From an uncultured delta proteobacterium (GTDB lineage: Bacteria > Desulfobacterota > Binatia > Binatales > Binataceae): DNA of 64,000 bases. The translations under genes and the position numbers were made by a program. This document shows positions 20,513 through 30,343 of the stretch, piece after piece (position 1 is the first letter of the stretch; every line of letters starts with the position of its first letter). Location of the stretch: NCBI GenBank assembly GCA_963794325.1, contig CAWCDG010000007.1, positions 1-64,000 on the forward strand, given 5' to 3'. The notes below the pieces were generated by a model that worked only from the letters and a program-made list of their open reading frames with translations, was not told the DNA's origin and did not search any database.

Positions 20513-21790
20513 ATGCCAGCGACGAAGTTCGGCGGTGCTCTCACGCTTGCGATTGCGGCAATTGGATTTGTCGGCTCGCTCGCGTGCGCCGCGGACGCTC
20601 CGCTCTCTGAATCGCAGCTCGTCGAAATCGCGATCGAGGCCAATCCCGCAGTCAAGTCCGCACGCTATCGATGGGACGCCGCGGTGCATTCGATAAAGCA
20701 GACCGTCGCGCCCAACGATCCGATCTTCACTTACACCAATAGCGACAGTGTGAAGAGTCCGGTAGGGCGCGCGGCGCTGCGGGAGTTCAATTTCACCGAG
20801 AAGTTTCAATTTCCCGGCAAGGCTCTCCATCAGCGCGACCAGGCAATCGACGCGGCCGAGATTGCGCATCTTATGCTCGTGGCGACGGTTCGCGACGTCC
20901 GCGCAGCGACCGAGATCGGCTATTTTCAGCTGGTGCTCGACCAGACGCTGAGCGAGGTCAACGCCGAGAACGTCAATAACCTTGACCAGGTCGTCAGGGT
21001 CGCGGAGACGGCCTACTCGGCTTCGGCGGTGCAGCAGACCGACGTGATCAGCGCCGAGTTCAACCTCGCCGCTGCGCGCCAGCTTCAACACCAGTACTTG
21101 ACGGCGGTCGCAAACGATGAGACCGCGCTGAATCTTCAACTCTATCGCCCGGTCGGCTCCCCTTTGATTGTCGATCGAACTCTCAAACTGGAACCGCTCA
21201 CCTTCCCGCTCGACGCGCTGATCGATCGCGCCTACGCAGCGCGGCAGGAAATCCTCGAAGCGGCGCTCGCAGAGCGCAACGCGAATACCGCGCTGTATCT
21301 TGCCAAGATGGAATACCTGCCGGACTTTACCGCGGGCGTTCAATACGATGACTACCTGGTTCCCAGCTTCGCTCCGAGACCGAGTCAGAAACGCGATTGG
21401 GTCGGCATCATCGGGTTCAACTTGCCGGTTTTTTTCTGGATGAAGCAGGACGAGGACGTTGCGCGCGCGAAGGCTAATCTGGCAGCCGCGCGTTCCGATC
21501 AGGCTCTCACAAAAATTCAGACGGCGGCCGCAGTGTCCATTTTGTTCCGCAGCGCGCAGTACGCCTACGAAACCGCAATCCTCTATCGCGATTCGTTGAT
21601 TCCCCTGGCGCGGCAGAATTTTCGCGTCGCGCTGACTGCATACCAGGGTGGTAAAATCGATTTCACGACGCTTTCAACCATACTGCAAAGCGGATTCGTT
21701 GCGCGCCTGAGTTACCTGCAGGCGGCAAATCAATTTCTGGCCGGCGAAGTCTCGCTGGAGCAGGCAATCGGAGCGCCGTTGCATCAATGA
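20513..21790 (+). CDS. TolC/CzcC-family outer membrane efflux protein
   Basis: AGGAG RBS before ATG 20513; 'AIEANP', YLPDF, 'AYQGGKIDF'; first gene of an OMF-MFP-RND trio. Confidence 0.88.
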   Translation: MPATKFGGALTLAIAAIGFVGSLACAADAPLSESQLVEIAIEANPAVKSARYRWDAAVHSIKQTVAPNDPIFTYTNSDSVKSPVGRAALREFNFTEKFQFPGKALHQRDQAIDAAEIAHLMLVATVRDVRAATEIGYFQLVLDQTLSEVNAENVNNLDQVVRVAETAYSASAVQQTDVISAEFNLAAARQLQHQYLTAVANDETALNLQLYRPVGSPLIVDRTLKLEPLTFPLDALIDRAYAARQEILEAALAERNANTALYLAKMEYLPDFTAGVQYDDYLVPSFAPRPSQKRDWVGIIGFNLPVFFWMKQDEDVARAKANLAAARSDQALTKIQTAAAVSILFRSAQYAYETAILYRDSLIPLARQNFRVALTAYQGGKIDFTTLSTILQSGFVARLSYLQAANQFLAGEVSLEQAIGAPLHQ

Positions 21791-22911
21791 ACTCCCGGAA
21801 CAATCTCGTCGCGCTCGCGGCTATCGTCGCCGCCGTTCTGCTCGGCGGATGCCGCGGCGATTCGGCCAGCCGCGCCGCTCCGGTCCCGGAAGCAACGCCG
21901 GCAATACACCTAATCAAGCAGCAGGGCGTCGAGCTGCTGCAATTCAACGCGAGCGACGTTCCCGGCCTGTCGATCCTGCAGGTGCAGAACATCGAGATGC
22001 CTGGCCTGCTCGAGACCTCCGGACAGATCACCTACGACGACCGCAGTGTCTCGACGATCGTTTCCCGCGTGCAGGGACGAATCGAGCAAACGCGCGTCTC
22101 GCTGTGGGACAACGTCCAGCGCGGTGAAAAAATCCTCGCGCTGTACAGTCCCGACTTCATGACCGCGGAAGCCGAGTATCTCCAGGCGCACGAATCTTCA
22201 AAACTGATGACAGCGCCGGGCGTCGGTGCTTCGTCGGATTTTGCCGGCGCTCTGTCACAGGCGGCGAAACGCAAACTTCAGTTTCTCGGGATGAGCGATG
22301 CCGACATCGCAGCCATCAAAGCGCCCGATCCCACTGTCTGGATGCGCGCGCCCATCAGCGGCACCGTCGTGGACAACAAGGCGCAGCGCGGCGCCGCGGT
22401 CAATCCGGGCGACGTACTGTTTTCCCTCGGCACGCTCAACGACGTCTGGATCACTGGCGACATCTACGAGGACGACCTCGCGCGCGTACACGTCGGCCAG
22501 GATTTGTCTGCGGTGACGACCGCGTTTCCCGACGAGGTCTTCCATGGCGTGATCGCGCGCATCAGTCCGAACATCGATCCTGCGACGCATACCCTTCAAA
22601 TCCGGTGCGCTGTGAAAAATCCCGGCGGCAAACTGAAGCCGCAGATGCTCGCGAGGGTGACGATTGTTACGCGCCCCGGCGAGGCGCTGGTGATCCCGCA
22701 GGACGCCCTCGTCTTCGACATCGACAACTATTACGCCTTCGTCGAGGTCAGCCCCGGCACCTTCGAGCATCGCAAAGTCTCGATCGCGTCGTGGAGCAAG
22801 GTCGGTTACGCGCGCATAGTTACCGGGCTCAAATCCGGCGATCTCGTGGTTAGCGGCGAGACGCTACAGGTCAACTCGCTGTGGCATCAAGCGCATGGTG
22901 AAAGCTCCTAG
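21787..22911 (+). CDS. RND periplasmic adaptor (CzcB/CusB-like) lipoprotein
   Basis: Lipobox LGGC; LYSPDF, RAPISGTV, IDPATHT, LKPQM; ATGA overlap with the OMF gene. Confidence 0.9.
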   Translation: MNSRNNLVALAAIVAAVLLGGCRGDSASRAAPVPEATPAIHLIKQQGVELLQFNASDVPGLSILQVQNIEMPGLLETSGQITYDDRSVSTIVSRVQGRIEQTRVSLWDNVQRGEKILALYSPDFMTAEAEYLQAHESSKLMTAPGVGASSDFAGALSQAAKRKLQFLGMSDADIAAIKAPDPTVWMRAPISGTVVDNKAQRGAAVNPGDVLFSLGTLNDVWITGDIYEDDLARVHVGQDLSAVTTAFPDEVFHGVIARISPNIDPATHTLQIRCAVKNPGGKLKPQMLARVTIVTRPGEALVIPQDALVFDIDNYYAFVEVSPGTFEHRKVSIASWSKVGYARIVTGLKSGDLVVSGETLQVNSLWHQAHGESS

Positions 22912-22954
22912 ACTGGCCGTAACTGGCCATCGAAACGGGAATCCTGGCTAAGCG

Positions 22955-25900
22955 ATGATTCGATCGTTGATGGCGCTGGCTCTTCGCGAGCGAATAGTCG
23001 TCATCGGCATCGCTTTGATGCTGTTGCTGGCAGGCATCTTTTCGTTCTCGCAACTCGACATCGAAGCGTATCCGGATCCGGTTCAGCCGCTGGTCGAAGT
23101 TCTGTCGCTGCCCAACGGCCTGAGCGCTGAAGAAGTTGAGAAGCTGGTCACGGTACCGACCGAATACGGTCTGGCCGGGATGCGCGATCTCCAGGCGATG
23201 CGATCGATTTCGCTCTACGGCCTGTCGGACATTCGCTGCTACTTTTCGTGGGACAGCGACTACTACTGGGACCGCGTCGAGACCATCAACCGGCTGTCGT
23301 TCATCACCTTGCCACAAGGCGTGACGCCGGCAATCTCTCCCGACAATCCAATCGGCGAAATTTACCGCTACACCGTCGAAAGTCCCAATCACGATCTCAC
23401 GGCTGAGAAGACGATCGAGGACTGGATTCTCGAAAAACAAATCCGCACGGTGCCCGGCGTCGAGGACGTATCGGGTTTCGGCGGATTGACCAAGCAATTC
23501 CACGTGGACGTCGATCCGCACAAGCTGAACTACTACCAGGTCCCGCTATCCACTTTGATTTCGGCATTGCAGAACTCGAACACCAACTCCGGCGGCAACT
23601 ATATGAGCGTCGGCGAGCAGGCGTTTGACGTCCGCGGGCTGGGATTTTTCCGCGACCTCGACGACATTCGCGACGTCGTGCTCAACGCCAACAAATCCAC
23701 CCCGATCAAAGTTTCCAATGTTGCCGACGTCGAGGTCGGCTATGCGCCGCGGCTCGGCATCGTCGGCAAGGACAATCAGAACGAAGTCGTCACCGGCATC
23801 GTGCTGATGCGCAAGTTCGGTAATACGCTCCAAACTCTCAAAGGCGTCGAAGCCAAGGTCCACGACCTCAACACGTCGGGCATCCTGCCCGCGGGCTACA
23901 AAGTCGTGCCGTACTACGATCGGACGACGCTGGTCGAGACCACACTGCACACGGTGCTCGAGAATCTCACGCTCGGGATGGCGCTGGTCTTCCTCGTACT
24001 GGTCTTTTTTCTCGGCAACCTGCGGGCCGCACTTATCGCGGCGATTAACATCCCGCTGGCGCTCTGCGGCGCGTTCGCGCTGATGCATCTGACCAATACG
24101 CCGGCCAATCTTATCTCGTTGGGCGCGATCGACTTCGGCATCATCATCGATACCACCGTTATCGTGATGGAAAATATCGAACGGCATCTGACCGCGCCCG
24201 AGCGATCGCACGAAAGCTATCGGCTTCGAATCCTGGCCGCCGCGCAAGAGGTAGGCGGTCCGATGTTCTTCTCGACGCTGATTTTCGTGATCGCGTTCCT
24301 GCCGCTGTTCACGATGCGCGGGGTCGAGGGCGCGATCTTCTCGCCGATGTCGCACACCTACGCGTTCGCGCTGGGCACCGCGATTTTGCTCGCGGTCACG
24401 CTGTCGCCGGTGCTGTCTTCGTATTTCTTCGCGCGTGGCATGCGCGCGATTCACAATCCCGTCTGGACCGCAATTGCGGCCTTCTACCACGGGATGTTCG
24501 AGCGGATTCTGCGTTGGCCGCGGCTGACCCTGGCCATGATTGCTTTGCTGGTGGCGGGAGTCCTGTCGTTGTTCCCGCTGCTGGGCGGCCAGTTTCTGCC
24601 CAAGCTCGAGGAAGGAAATATCTGGGCGCATGCGACAATGCCGCTCACGATTTCGCTCGAGCACGGCGCCAGGCTGTGCAACCAGATGCGCTCAGTCTTC
24701 AAGAGCTTCCCCGAGGTCAATTCGGTGGTGTCGCAGCTCGGCCGCCCCGACGACGGCACCGAGACCGCGGGCTTTTTCAACATTGAGTTCTCGGTCGAGC
24801 TGAAGCCGGACGATCAATGGCCGGCCGGCATGACCAAACCGAAACTCGTGAAGCAGATCGACGACAAACTTACCCGGAAATTTCCCGGCGTGAGCTTCAG
24901 CTACTCGCAAAACATCGAGGACAACATCGACGAAGCGATCTCCGGCGTGAAGGCCGGCGAAAATGCCATCAAGGTTTTCGGCCAGGACCTTGCCACCGAC
25001 GAACGTCTCGCCAACGACATCAGGGAAACCCTGGGCGGAGTCCCCGGCGTCGTCGACGAGGTAGTGCTCCGCTCGATGGGCCAGCCGAATCTGCAAATCA
25101 CCCCCGACCGCGCCGCGTGCGCGCGTTATGGGCTCAACGTCGGCGACGTCGGCGCGATTGTGCAGGCGGCGATTGGCGGCCAGGCCGTCACCCAGGTCCT
25201 CGAAGGTGATCGGCGCTTCGACCTGGTCGTGCGATGGAAGCCGGAGTATCGCGAGAGCCTCGACGCGGTGCGTCAAATCCGCGTCAACCTGCCATCCGGC
25301 GGCCAGATCCCGCTGGACCAGGTCGCCAAAATCGAGACCGCCGAGGGCGCGTCGTTCATCTACCGTGAGGCGCTGCAGCGTTACGTGCCGGTCCGGTTCT
25401 CCGTGCGCGATCGCGATTTGCAGAGCACCATCATCGACGCCAAGCGTCGAATCTCAAAGGAAGTCCATGTTCCGGAGGGCGTGCACCTGGAATGGTCCGG
25501 CGAGTACGGCGAGCTTCAGGCGGCCAATCGCCGCTTCGCCATCGTCGTGCCGTTCGCGCTGTTGCTGATAGCGGGCGTGCTGTACGCCGCCACTCAATCG
25601 CTCATCGACACCTTCATCATCATGGCGCAGATTCCGGTCGCGTGCCTGGGAGGAGTTCTCGCGCTGATCATCACCGGCACTCCGTTCAGCGTTTCTGCCG
25701 GCGTTGGATTCATTTCGATTTTCGGAATCGCGGTCATGGACGGCATACTGCTGAGCTTCTACATCCGCCGGCTTTGGGAAGAGGGCAATCCGTTCGTCGA
25801 GTCGATCATCACGGGCTCCGACCGCCGCTTGCGCGCCACGATGATGACCGACCTGGTTGACGCGCTCGGCTTGCTGCCGGCGGCGGTCTCGACGCGAATC

Positions 25901-26089
25901 GGCGCCCAGACGCAGCAACCGCTGGCGATCGTCGTCATCGGTGGCGCGCTGGCGATTATGATGCTGACGCGAATCCTGCAGCCGGTGCTGATCTACCTGT
26001 GCCATCGCCGATTGCGCCTCGACGATCAGAACCGCGCGCGTATGACTCAGTCTTTCGAGCCAATCGAACCCGAGCCCGAAACGATTTGA
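22955..26089 (+). CDS. czcA: Heavy-metal efflux RND permease, CzcA type
   Basis: 1044 aa; IEAYPD; TM4 SLGAIDFGIIIDTTVIVMEN (CzcA-like DFG..D...EN); GAQTQQPLAIVVIGG. Confidence 0.85.
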   Translation: MIRSLMALALRERIVVIGIALMLLLAGIFSFSQLDIEAYPDPVQPLVEVLSLPNGLSAEEVEKLVTVPTEYGLAGMRDLQAMRSISLYGLSDIRCYFSWDSDYYWDRVETINRLSFITLPQGVTPAISPDNPIGEIYRYTVESPNHDLTAEKTIEDWILEKQIRTVPGVEDVSGFGGLTKQFHVDVDPHKLNYYQVPLSTLISALQNSNTNSGGNYMSVGEQAFDVRGLGFFRDLDDIRDVVLNANKSTPIKVSNVADVEVGYAPRLGIVGKDNQNEVVTGIVLMRKFGNTLQTLKGVEAKVHDLNTSGILPAGYKVVPYYDRTTLVETTLHTVLENLTLGMALVFLVLVFFLGNLRAALIAAINIPLALCGAFALMHLTNTPANLISLGAIDFGIIIDTTVIVMENIERHLTAPERSHESYRLRILAAAQEVGGPMFFSTLIFVIAFLPLFTMRGVEGAIFSPMSHTYAFALGTAILLAVTLSPVLSSYFFARGMRAIHNPVWTAIAAFYHGMFERILRWPRLTLAMIALLVAGVLSLFPLLGGQFLPKLEEGNIWAHATMPLTISLEHGARLCNQMRSVFKSFPEVNSVVSQLGRPDDGTETAGFFNIEFSVELKPDDQWPAGMTKPKLVKQIDDKLTRKFPGVSFSYSQNIEDNIDEAISGVKAGENAIKVFGQDLATDERLANDIRETLGGVPGVVDEVVLRSMGQPNLQITPDRAACARYGLNVGDVGAIVQAAIGGQAVTQVLEGDRRFDLVVRWKPEYRESLDAVRQIRVNLPSGGQIPLDQVAKIETAEGASFIYREALQRYVPVRFSVRDRDLQSTIIDAKRRISKEVHVPEGVHLEWSGEYGELQAANRRFAIVVPFALLLIAGVLYAATQSLIDTFIIMAQIPVACLGGVLALIITGTPFSVSAGVGFISIFGIAVMDGILLSFYIRRLWEEGNPFVESIITGSDRRLRATMMTDLVDALGLLPAAVSTRIGAQTQQPLAIVVIGGALAIMMLTRILQPVLIYLCHRRLRLDDQNRARMTQSFEPIEPEPETI

Positions 26090-26155
26090 CAACGAAACGG
26101 GCTTCGAGTATCGCCAAGCCCCGCCGCGCACCTCTCTTCGAGGAAGGATAAGAAT

Positions 26156-27283
26156 ATGCCGCAACAAGCTGATGCCGAACGATATCGGGAGAACTGGCAA
26201 GACGAGGTTGACAGCGCCGCCGAGTATCGAGCGATGGCGGAGAGCGAGCCCGATCCAAAGATCGCCAAAGTGTATTCCAACCTCGCGAGCATGGAGGAGG
26301 CGCACATTTCTTTTTGGGAAGAGAAGTTGCGCTCTGCCGGGGAGACGGTCGGAGAACGCCGGCCGTCGTGGCGCAGCCGCGCTCTCGCCTGGATCGCTCA
26401 CAGGCTTGGCCCTGACGCGGTCCTTTCGACGATCGCCGCGAAGGAGGCCATGGACCGGAACGTCTATGTGAAACAGCCCGAGACCAGCGGCACCCGGATG
26501 AGCGCGCAGGAACAATGGCATACCCGGGTTTTGAGCCAACTGCTGCGCACACAGCCTCGGGGTTTGAGCGGAAGCTTTCTGGGTCGACTCGAGGGAAGGC
26601 ATCGCGCAGTAGGCGGCAATGCCCTGCGCGCCGCGGTGCTGGGCGCGAACGATGGCCTCTGTTCGAATCTGAGCCTGGTGATGGGAGTGGCGGGTGCGTC
26701 GATTAACCGTCATGGCATCCTCGTAACTGGTGTAGCGGGCCTCATTGCGGGCGCGTGCTCGATGGCGCTGGGAGAGTGGGTTTCCGTGACTAGTGCACGA
26801 GAGCTGGCCGAGCGAGAGATTCGGATCGAATCGAGTGAGCTGCAGGAAGATCCCAAGGGCGAAGGCGAGGAGCTGCAGCTGATCTACGAATCGAAAGGGC
26901 TGAGCGCCGATGAAGCGAAGCGCGTGGTCGATCAAATGCTTTCGGACAAGACCGCGACCCTCGACGCACTCGCACGCGAGGAACTGGGGATCGATCCAAA
27001 TGAATTGGGTGGCTCCGCCAATGAGGCTGCGCTGACGTCATTCATGCTCTTCGCACTGGGCGCGATAGTCCCAATTCTCCCGTTTTTCGTCACCGCTGGA
27101 CGTGTTGCAGTTGTCACAAGCGTCGTACTTAGCGGGCTCGCCTTGTTCGCGATCGGCGCCGCGATCACGATCTTTACCGGCGTGGCCGTCTGGCGCTCCG
27201 GGAGCCGACAGCTCGCACTGGGGTTAGGAGCTGCGGGCGTAACTTTTCTAATTGGCCGGGCTATCGGGACCACTCTAACTTGA
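26156..27283 (+). CDS. VIT1/CCC1-family transporter with N-terminal ferritin/rubrerythrin-like domain
   Basis: N-terminal DEVDS...EEAH...EQWH; VIT1 motifs LRAAVLGANDGL and SMALGEWVSV. Confidence 0.9.
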   Translation: MPQQADAERYRENWQDEVDSAAEYRAMAESEPDPKIAKVYSNLASMEEAHISFWEEKLRSAGETVGERRPSWRSRALAWIAHRLGPDAVLSTIAAKEAMDRNVYVKQPETSGTRMSAQEQWHTRVLSQLLRTQPRGLSGSFLGRLEGRHRAVGGNALRAAVLGANDGLCSNLSLVMGVAGASINRHGILVTGVAGLIAGACSMALGEWVSVTSARELAEREIRIESSELQEDPKGEGEELQLIYESKGLSADEAKRVVDQMLSDKTATLDALAREELGIDPNELGGSANEAALTSFMLFALGAIVPILPFFVTAGRVAVVTSVVLSGLALFAIGAAITIFTGVAVWRSGSRQLALGLGAAGVTFLIGRAIGTTLT

Positions 27284-27348
27284 AGCGATCGCGAAGCATC
27301 GCTGTGAATTGTAAACCGTGCTAAATGGGCGGAAGGAGGATCTCGGCG

Positions 27349-28191
27349 ATGGAATTTGAGATGCTCGCGAGTGGTTACGGTCTGCTCGAAGCGCCGCGTG
27401 TCGACGATCTCGGCCGTCTCTATTTCAGTGACATTCCCAACGGCGGCATCTACCGGCGCAATCCGGGCGGCAACGTCGAAACGCTGATCCCCAAACGCAA
27501 GGGCGTCGGCGGGATGAACTTCAACCGAAGCGGCGGGCTGGTGCTCACCGGCCGCGCCCTGATTCATTGGGACGAGAAGACCGGCAAGAGCCGCGACCTG
27601 TTCGCCGCGTGGGAAGGCAAGCCGATCAGCATGAACGATCTCACCTGCGACGATCACGGCAGCGTCTTCACCGGCACCATCAACTTCAATCCGCTGAGCA
27701 ACGACAAGCCGATTCCCGGCAGCTTGTTCCGCATCGATCCGCCGGGGCGCCCGGTGAAGTTGTGGGACGGCATCGAGGTCAGCAATGGTCTCGGGTTCAG
27801 CCCCGACAGAAAGCATCTATACCATTCAGATTCTCCCACTGGCGCGGTGTGGGTTTACGACGTTACGCACGAGCGCGGTGTCAAAGACCGACGGATATTT
27901 GCGAAAATGCCAGAGGGGATGCCCGATGGGTTGGCGGTCGACGCGCAAGGCGGCGTGTGGGTTGCCGCGGTGCGGGTCGGCGAGGTCGTGCACTTCTCGA
28001 AGGACGCCACGGTGGTGAAGCGAATCAAATTGCCGGCCACGATGGTGACGAGCCTGGTGTTCGGCGGCCGCGACCTGCGCGATCTCTTCGTCGTGACTGC
28101 CGACAATACCGACGATCCAAATTGCAAAGGGACGATCTTTCGCGGGCGCGCCGACGTCCCGGGACTGCCGGTGCCGAAAGCGAACTTCTAG
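27349..28191 (+). CDS. SMP-30/gluconolactonase-family protein
   Basis: GGAGG RBS; LLEAP, MNDL, SNGLGFSPD, PDGLAVDAQGGVW. Confidence 0.92.
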   Translation: MEFEMLASGYGLLEAPRVDDLGRLYFSDIPNGGIYRRNPGGNVETLIPKRKGVGGMNFNRSGGLVLTGRALIHWDEKTGKSRDLFAAWEGKPISMNDLTCDDHGSVFTGTINFNPLSNDKPIPGSLFRIDPPGRPVKLWDGIEVSNGLGFSPDRKHLYHSDSPTGAVWVYDVTHERGVKDRRIFAKMPEGMPDGLAVDAQGGVWVAAVRVGEVVHFSKDATVVKRIKLPATMVTSLVFGGRDLRDLFVVTADNTDDPNCKGTIFRGRADVPGLPVPKANF

Positions 28192-29081
28192 GTTTTTGCT
28201 CTCGACAGCGGGGCGACTACGATTGCCTCGACCGGTAACTGTTCGTGGGATCCGGCCAGCAGCGCGCCAGCGGCGATCGTCAATACGAATGCGCCGACGC
28301 GCATCGCGGCGGCGGTCGGACTGGCAGGCAATCGTTCGCCGAATATGACTAGCCCGCCGACGATTGGCACGATATTCGACAGCGCACCCGACAGCGGCAT
28401 CGCGATTATCGCGCGCGCCGAATGAAACGAGTTCTGCAGCGTGACGATGCCGAGTATGTTGGCGACGATCATGCAATAGACATATGGATTCAACGTTAAT
28501 CGCACAGCGAGTGATGCGGCATCGCCGGCAAACTCGACGGTCATCGCCTTGGTGAAAATTGCTCCGAGGCCGAATGCGACGCCGGAGAAAATCGCGGCCG
28601 CAGTTCCACTTGCGTTCAGCCGCGCGACGGCCATAGGAGCCAATCCGGCGAGCGTGAGCAGTATGGTGAAGATCACCAGGGTTACGGGCTCGAAGACGCC
28701 CTCAAGCTCGCTGCCGTTAAGCGACAGGCTCAGCATCAACATCCCGAACACGATCGCGCCGATGCCGGCCCATTCGCGAGGATTCGCTCGCTCGCCGAGA
28801 ACCACCACCGACGCAACTACGAACAGCGCGATTCCGCCCTGTCCCATCACCGCCACCATCGACACCGGCGCTCGCGACACCGCAATCACGTAACAGGCCC
28901 AGCCCGCGGTCTGGACGCCGAGTCCGCCGATCCACATTGGATCGCGAAGCCACACGGCGACCGCGCCGATCGTGTTCGCACCGGTTGCAATTGGGAGATG
29001 CGCCGAGCGCGTCTTCATCATCAGCAATCCGAGCGCCATCAGCGCGCTGGCAACAATCGCGAGAGACAAGTAGAGAATCAC
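28188..29081 (-). CDS. DMT/EamA-like membrane transporter, last gene of the hpnJ-hpnI run
   Basis: Highly hydrophobic, two-repeat architecture with 'LGER' and 'FGER' motifs; 4 nt after hpnI. Confidence 0.75.
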   Translation of the reverse strand: MILYLSLAIVASALMALGLLMMKTRSAHLPIATGANTIGAVAVWLRDPMWIGGLGVQTAGWACYVIAVSRAPVSMVAVMGQGGIALFVVASVVVLGERANPREWAGIGAIVFGMLMLSLSLNGSELEGVFEPVTLVIFTILLTLAGLAPMAVARLNASGTAAAIFSGVAFGLGAIFTKAMTVEFAGDAASLAVRLTLNPYVYCMIVANILGIVTLQNSFHSARAIIAMPLSGALSNIVPIVGGLVIFGERLPASPTAAAMRVGAFVLTIAAGALLAGSHEQLPVEAIVVAPLSRAKT

Positions 29082-29085
29082 GCCT

Positions 29086-30243
29086 TCAGCTCTTTACTTC
29101 GCGCATCGCGCCGCCCCTGATCACCTTGAACTGCCGTCCCGCCCACATCACTTTGTTGCTGAGCAGGCTGGCGAACCAGACGCCGGTCATTACCAGGTCC
29201 TTGAAAGGAACAATCCACAGCTCGCTCAGCATCTCGGGCATCTTCAGCACCCAGCCGACGATCGCCGCCGACATCGCAAGCCGCGCGGCAACCACCAGCA
29301 CTAACGCGGCGAAGGCGGCGACGCTACCGCGGGTGGCGGCCACCAGCATCAGCGCCCAGAACGGGCCGTGCATCAGAATGGTCGCGACGCTGATCGGACG
29401 CACCGTCCGATAGGTGCGCGCCCATCGCAATTGATGATGCCAGAAATCACCGAAACTCTTTTCCTCGCAGGTCAACGTGACGATCGAGTTGGACAGTTTG
29501 ATCTCGTAGCCCTGCGAATTGGCGAAATTGCCCAGATAGAAGTCGTCGGCCAGCATGTTCCTGACCGCCCGGAACCCGCCCGCCGCCTCGAGCACGTTGC
29601 GCTTGATTGCGATCGTCGCGCCGAGTGCGTAATGCATCGGCTCGATCATTTCCGCCAGCAGGATTTGCGGCAGAAAATCGGTGTTTACATAGAGTGCCTC
29701 GAGCCGCGACGCGAACGAACCGCCGGGGCGCGCCCGATACGCGCAGGTCACGATGCCGACTTTCTCGTCTGACATCAGCTCGCCAACGATTCGCTTCAGG
29801 TAATCGCGATCGACCGATACGTCGGCGTCACTGAGCACGAAAATTTCGGCTTTCTCGGCGCGATCGGCCATCTTGACCAGCTTGGCGATTTTGCGATTGC
29901 TGCAGTTGGGCTCCTCGCCAATCACCAGCGTGATATTCGCGTACTGATAGCGTTGTCGCAGTGCCACCGGAATTTCGGCAGCCGCGTCTTCATAGCTCTC
30001 GACGCCAAAGTAAAACTCGACGCGCGGGTACGCGATTTCCAGAAAACTGACCAGGTTCGCAGCCAGCGAATTGCTGCTGCCATGCAGCGGCTTCAGTACG
30101 GCCACGCGCGGCGGAACTTTGGGAATCGGGGGCAGGGGAGAGGTTGTGCGTCTTGCAAACCTGATCGCAGCGGTGGTCGCCGCGCCGTAGTAGAGCATCG
30201 AGACGAGAACGGCCGCAGCCGGTAAAGCGATCCAGATGGTCAT
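29086..30243 (-). CDS. hpnI: Hopanoid glycosyltransferase HpnI (ceramide glucosyltransferase-like GT2)
   Basis: LKPLHG, NRKIAKL, SDADV, LADDFYLG, HQLRWART; adjacent to hpnJ. Confidence 0.85.
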   Translation of the reverse strand: MTIWIALPAAAVLVSMLYYGAATTAAIRFARRTTSPLPPIPKVPPRVAVLKPLHGSSNSLAANLVSFLEIAYPRVEFYFGVESYEDAAAEIPVALRQRYQYANITLVIGEEPNCSNRKIAKLVKMADRAEKAEIFVLSDADVSVDRDYLKRIVGELMSDEKVGIVTCAYRARPGGSFASRLEALYVNTDFLPQILLAEMIEPMHYALGATIAIKRNVLEAAGGFRAVRNMLADDFYLGNFANSQGYEIKLSNSIVTLTCEEKSFGDFWHHQLRWARTYRTVRPISVATILMHGPFWALMLVAATRGSVAAFAALVLVVAARLAMSAAIVGWVLKMPEMLSELWIVPFKDLVMTGVWFASLLSNKVMWAGRQFKVIRGGAMREVKS

Positions 30244-30343
30244 CGAATGATTCGCGCCGCGATCTTAGCAGGGGCGAAAGATCGCGCCACAGACATCCTG
30301 TTGCGGCCCTCGCGTTCCCCTTACTCGCGCCCCGAATTCTGTG

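Noticed and set aside
22911-22930. Short direct repeat ACTGGCC x2 between the MFP and RND genes
   Set aside because: Two 7-nt copies are too short to be meaningful.
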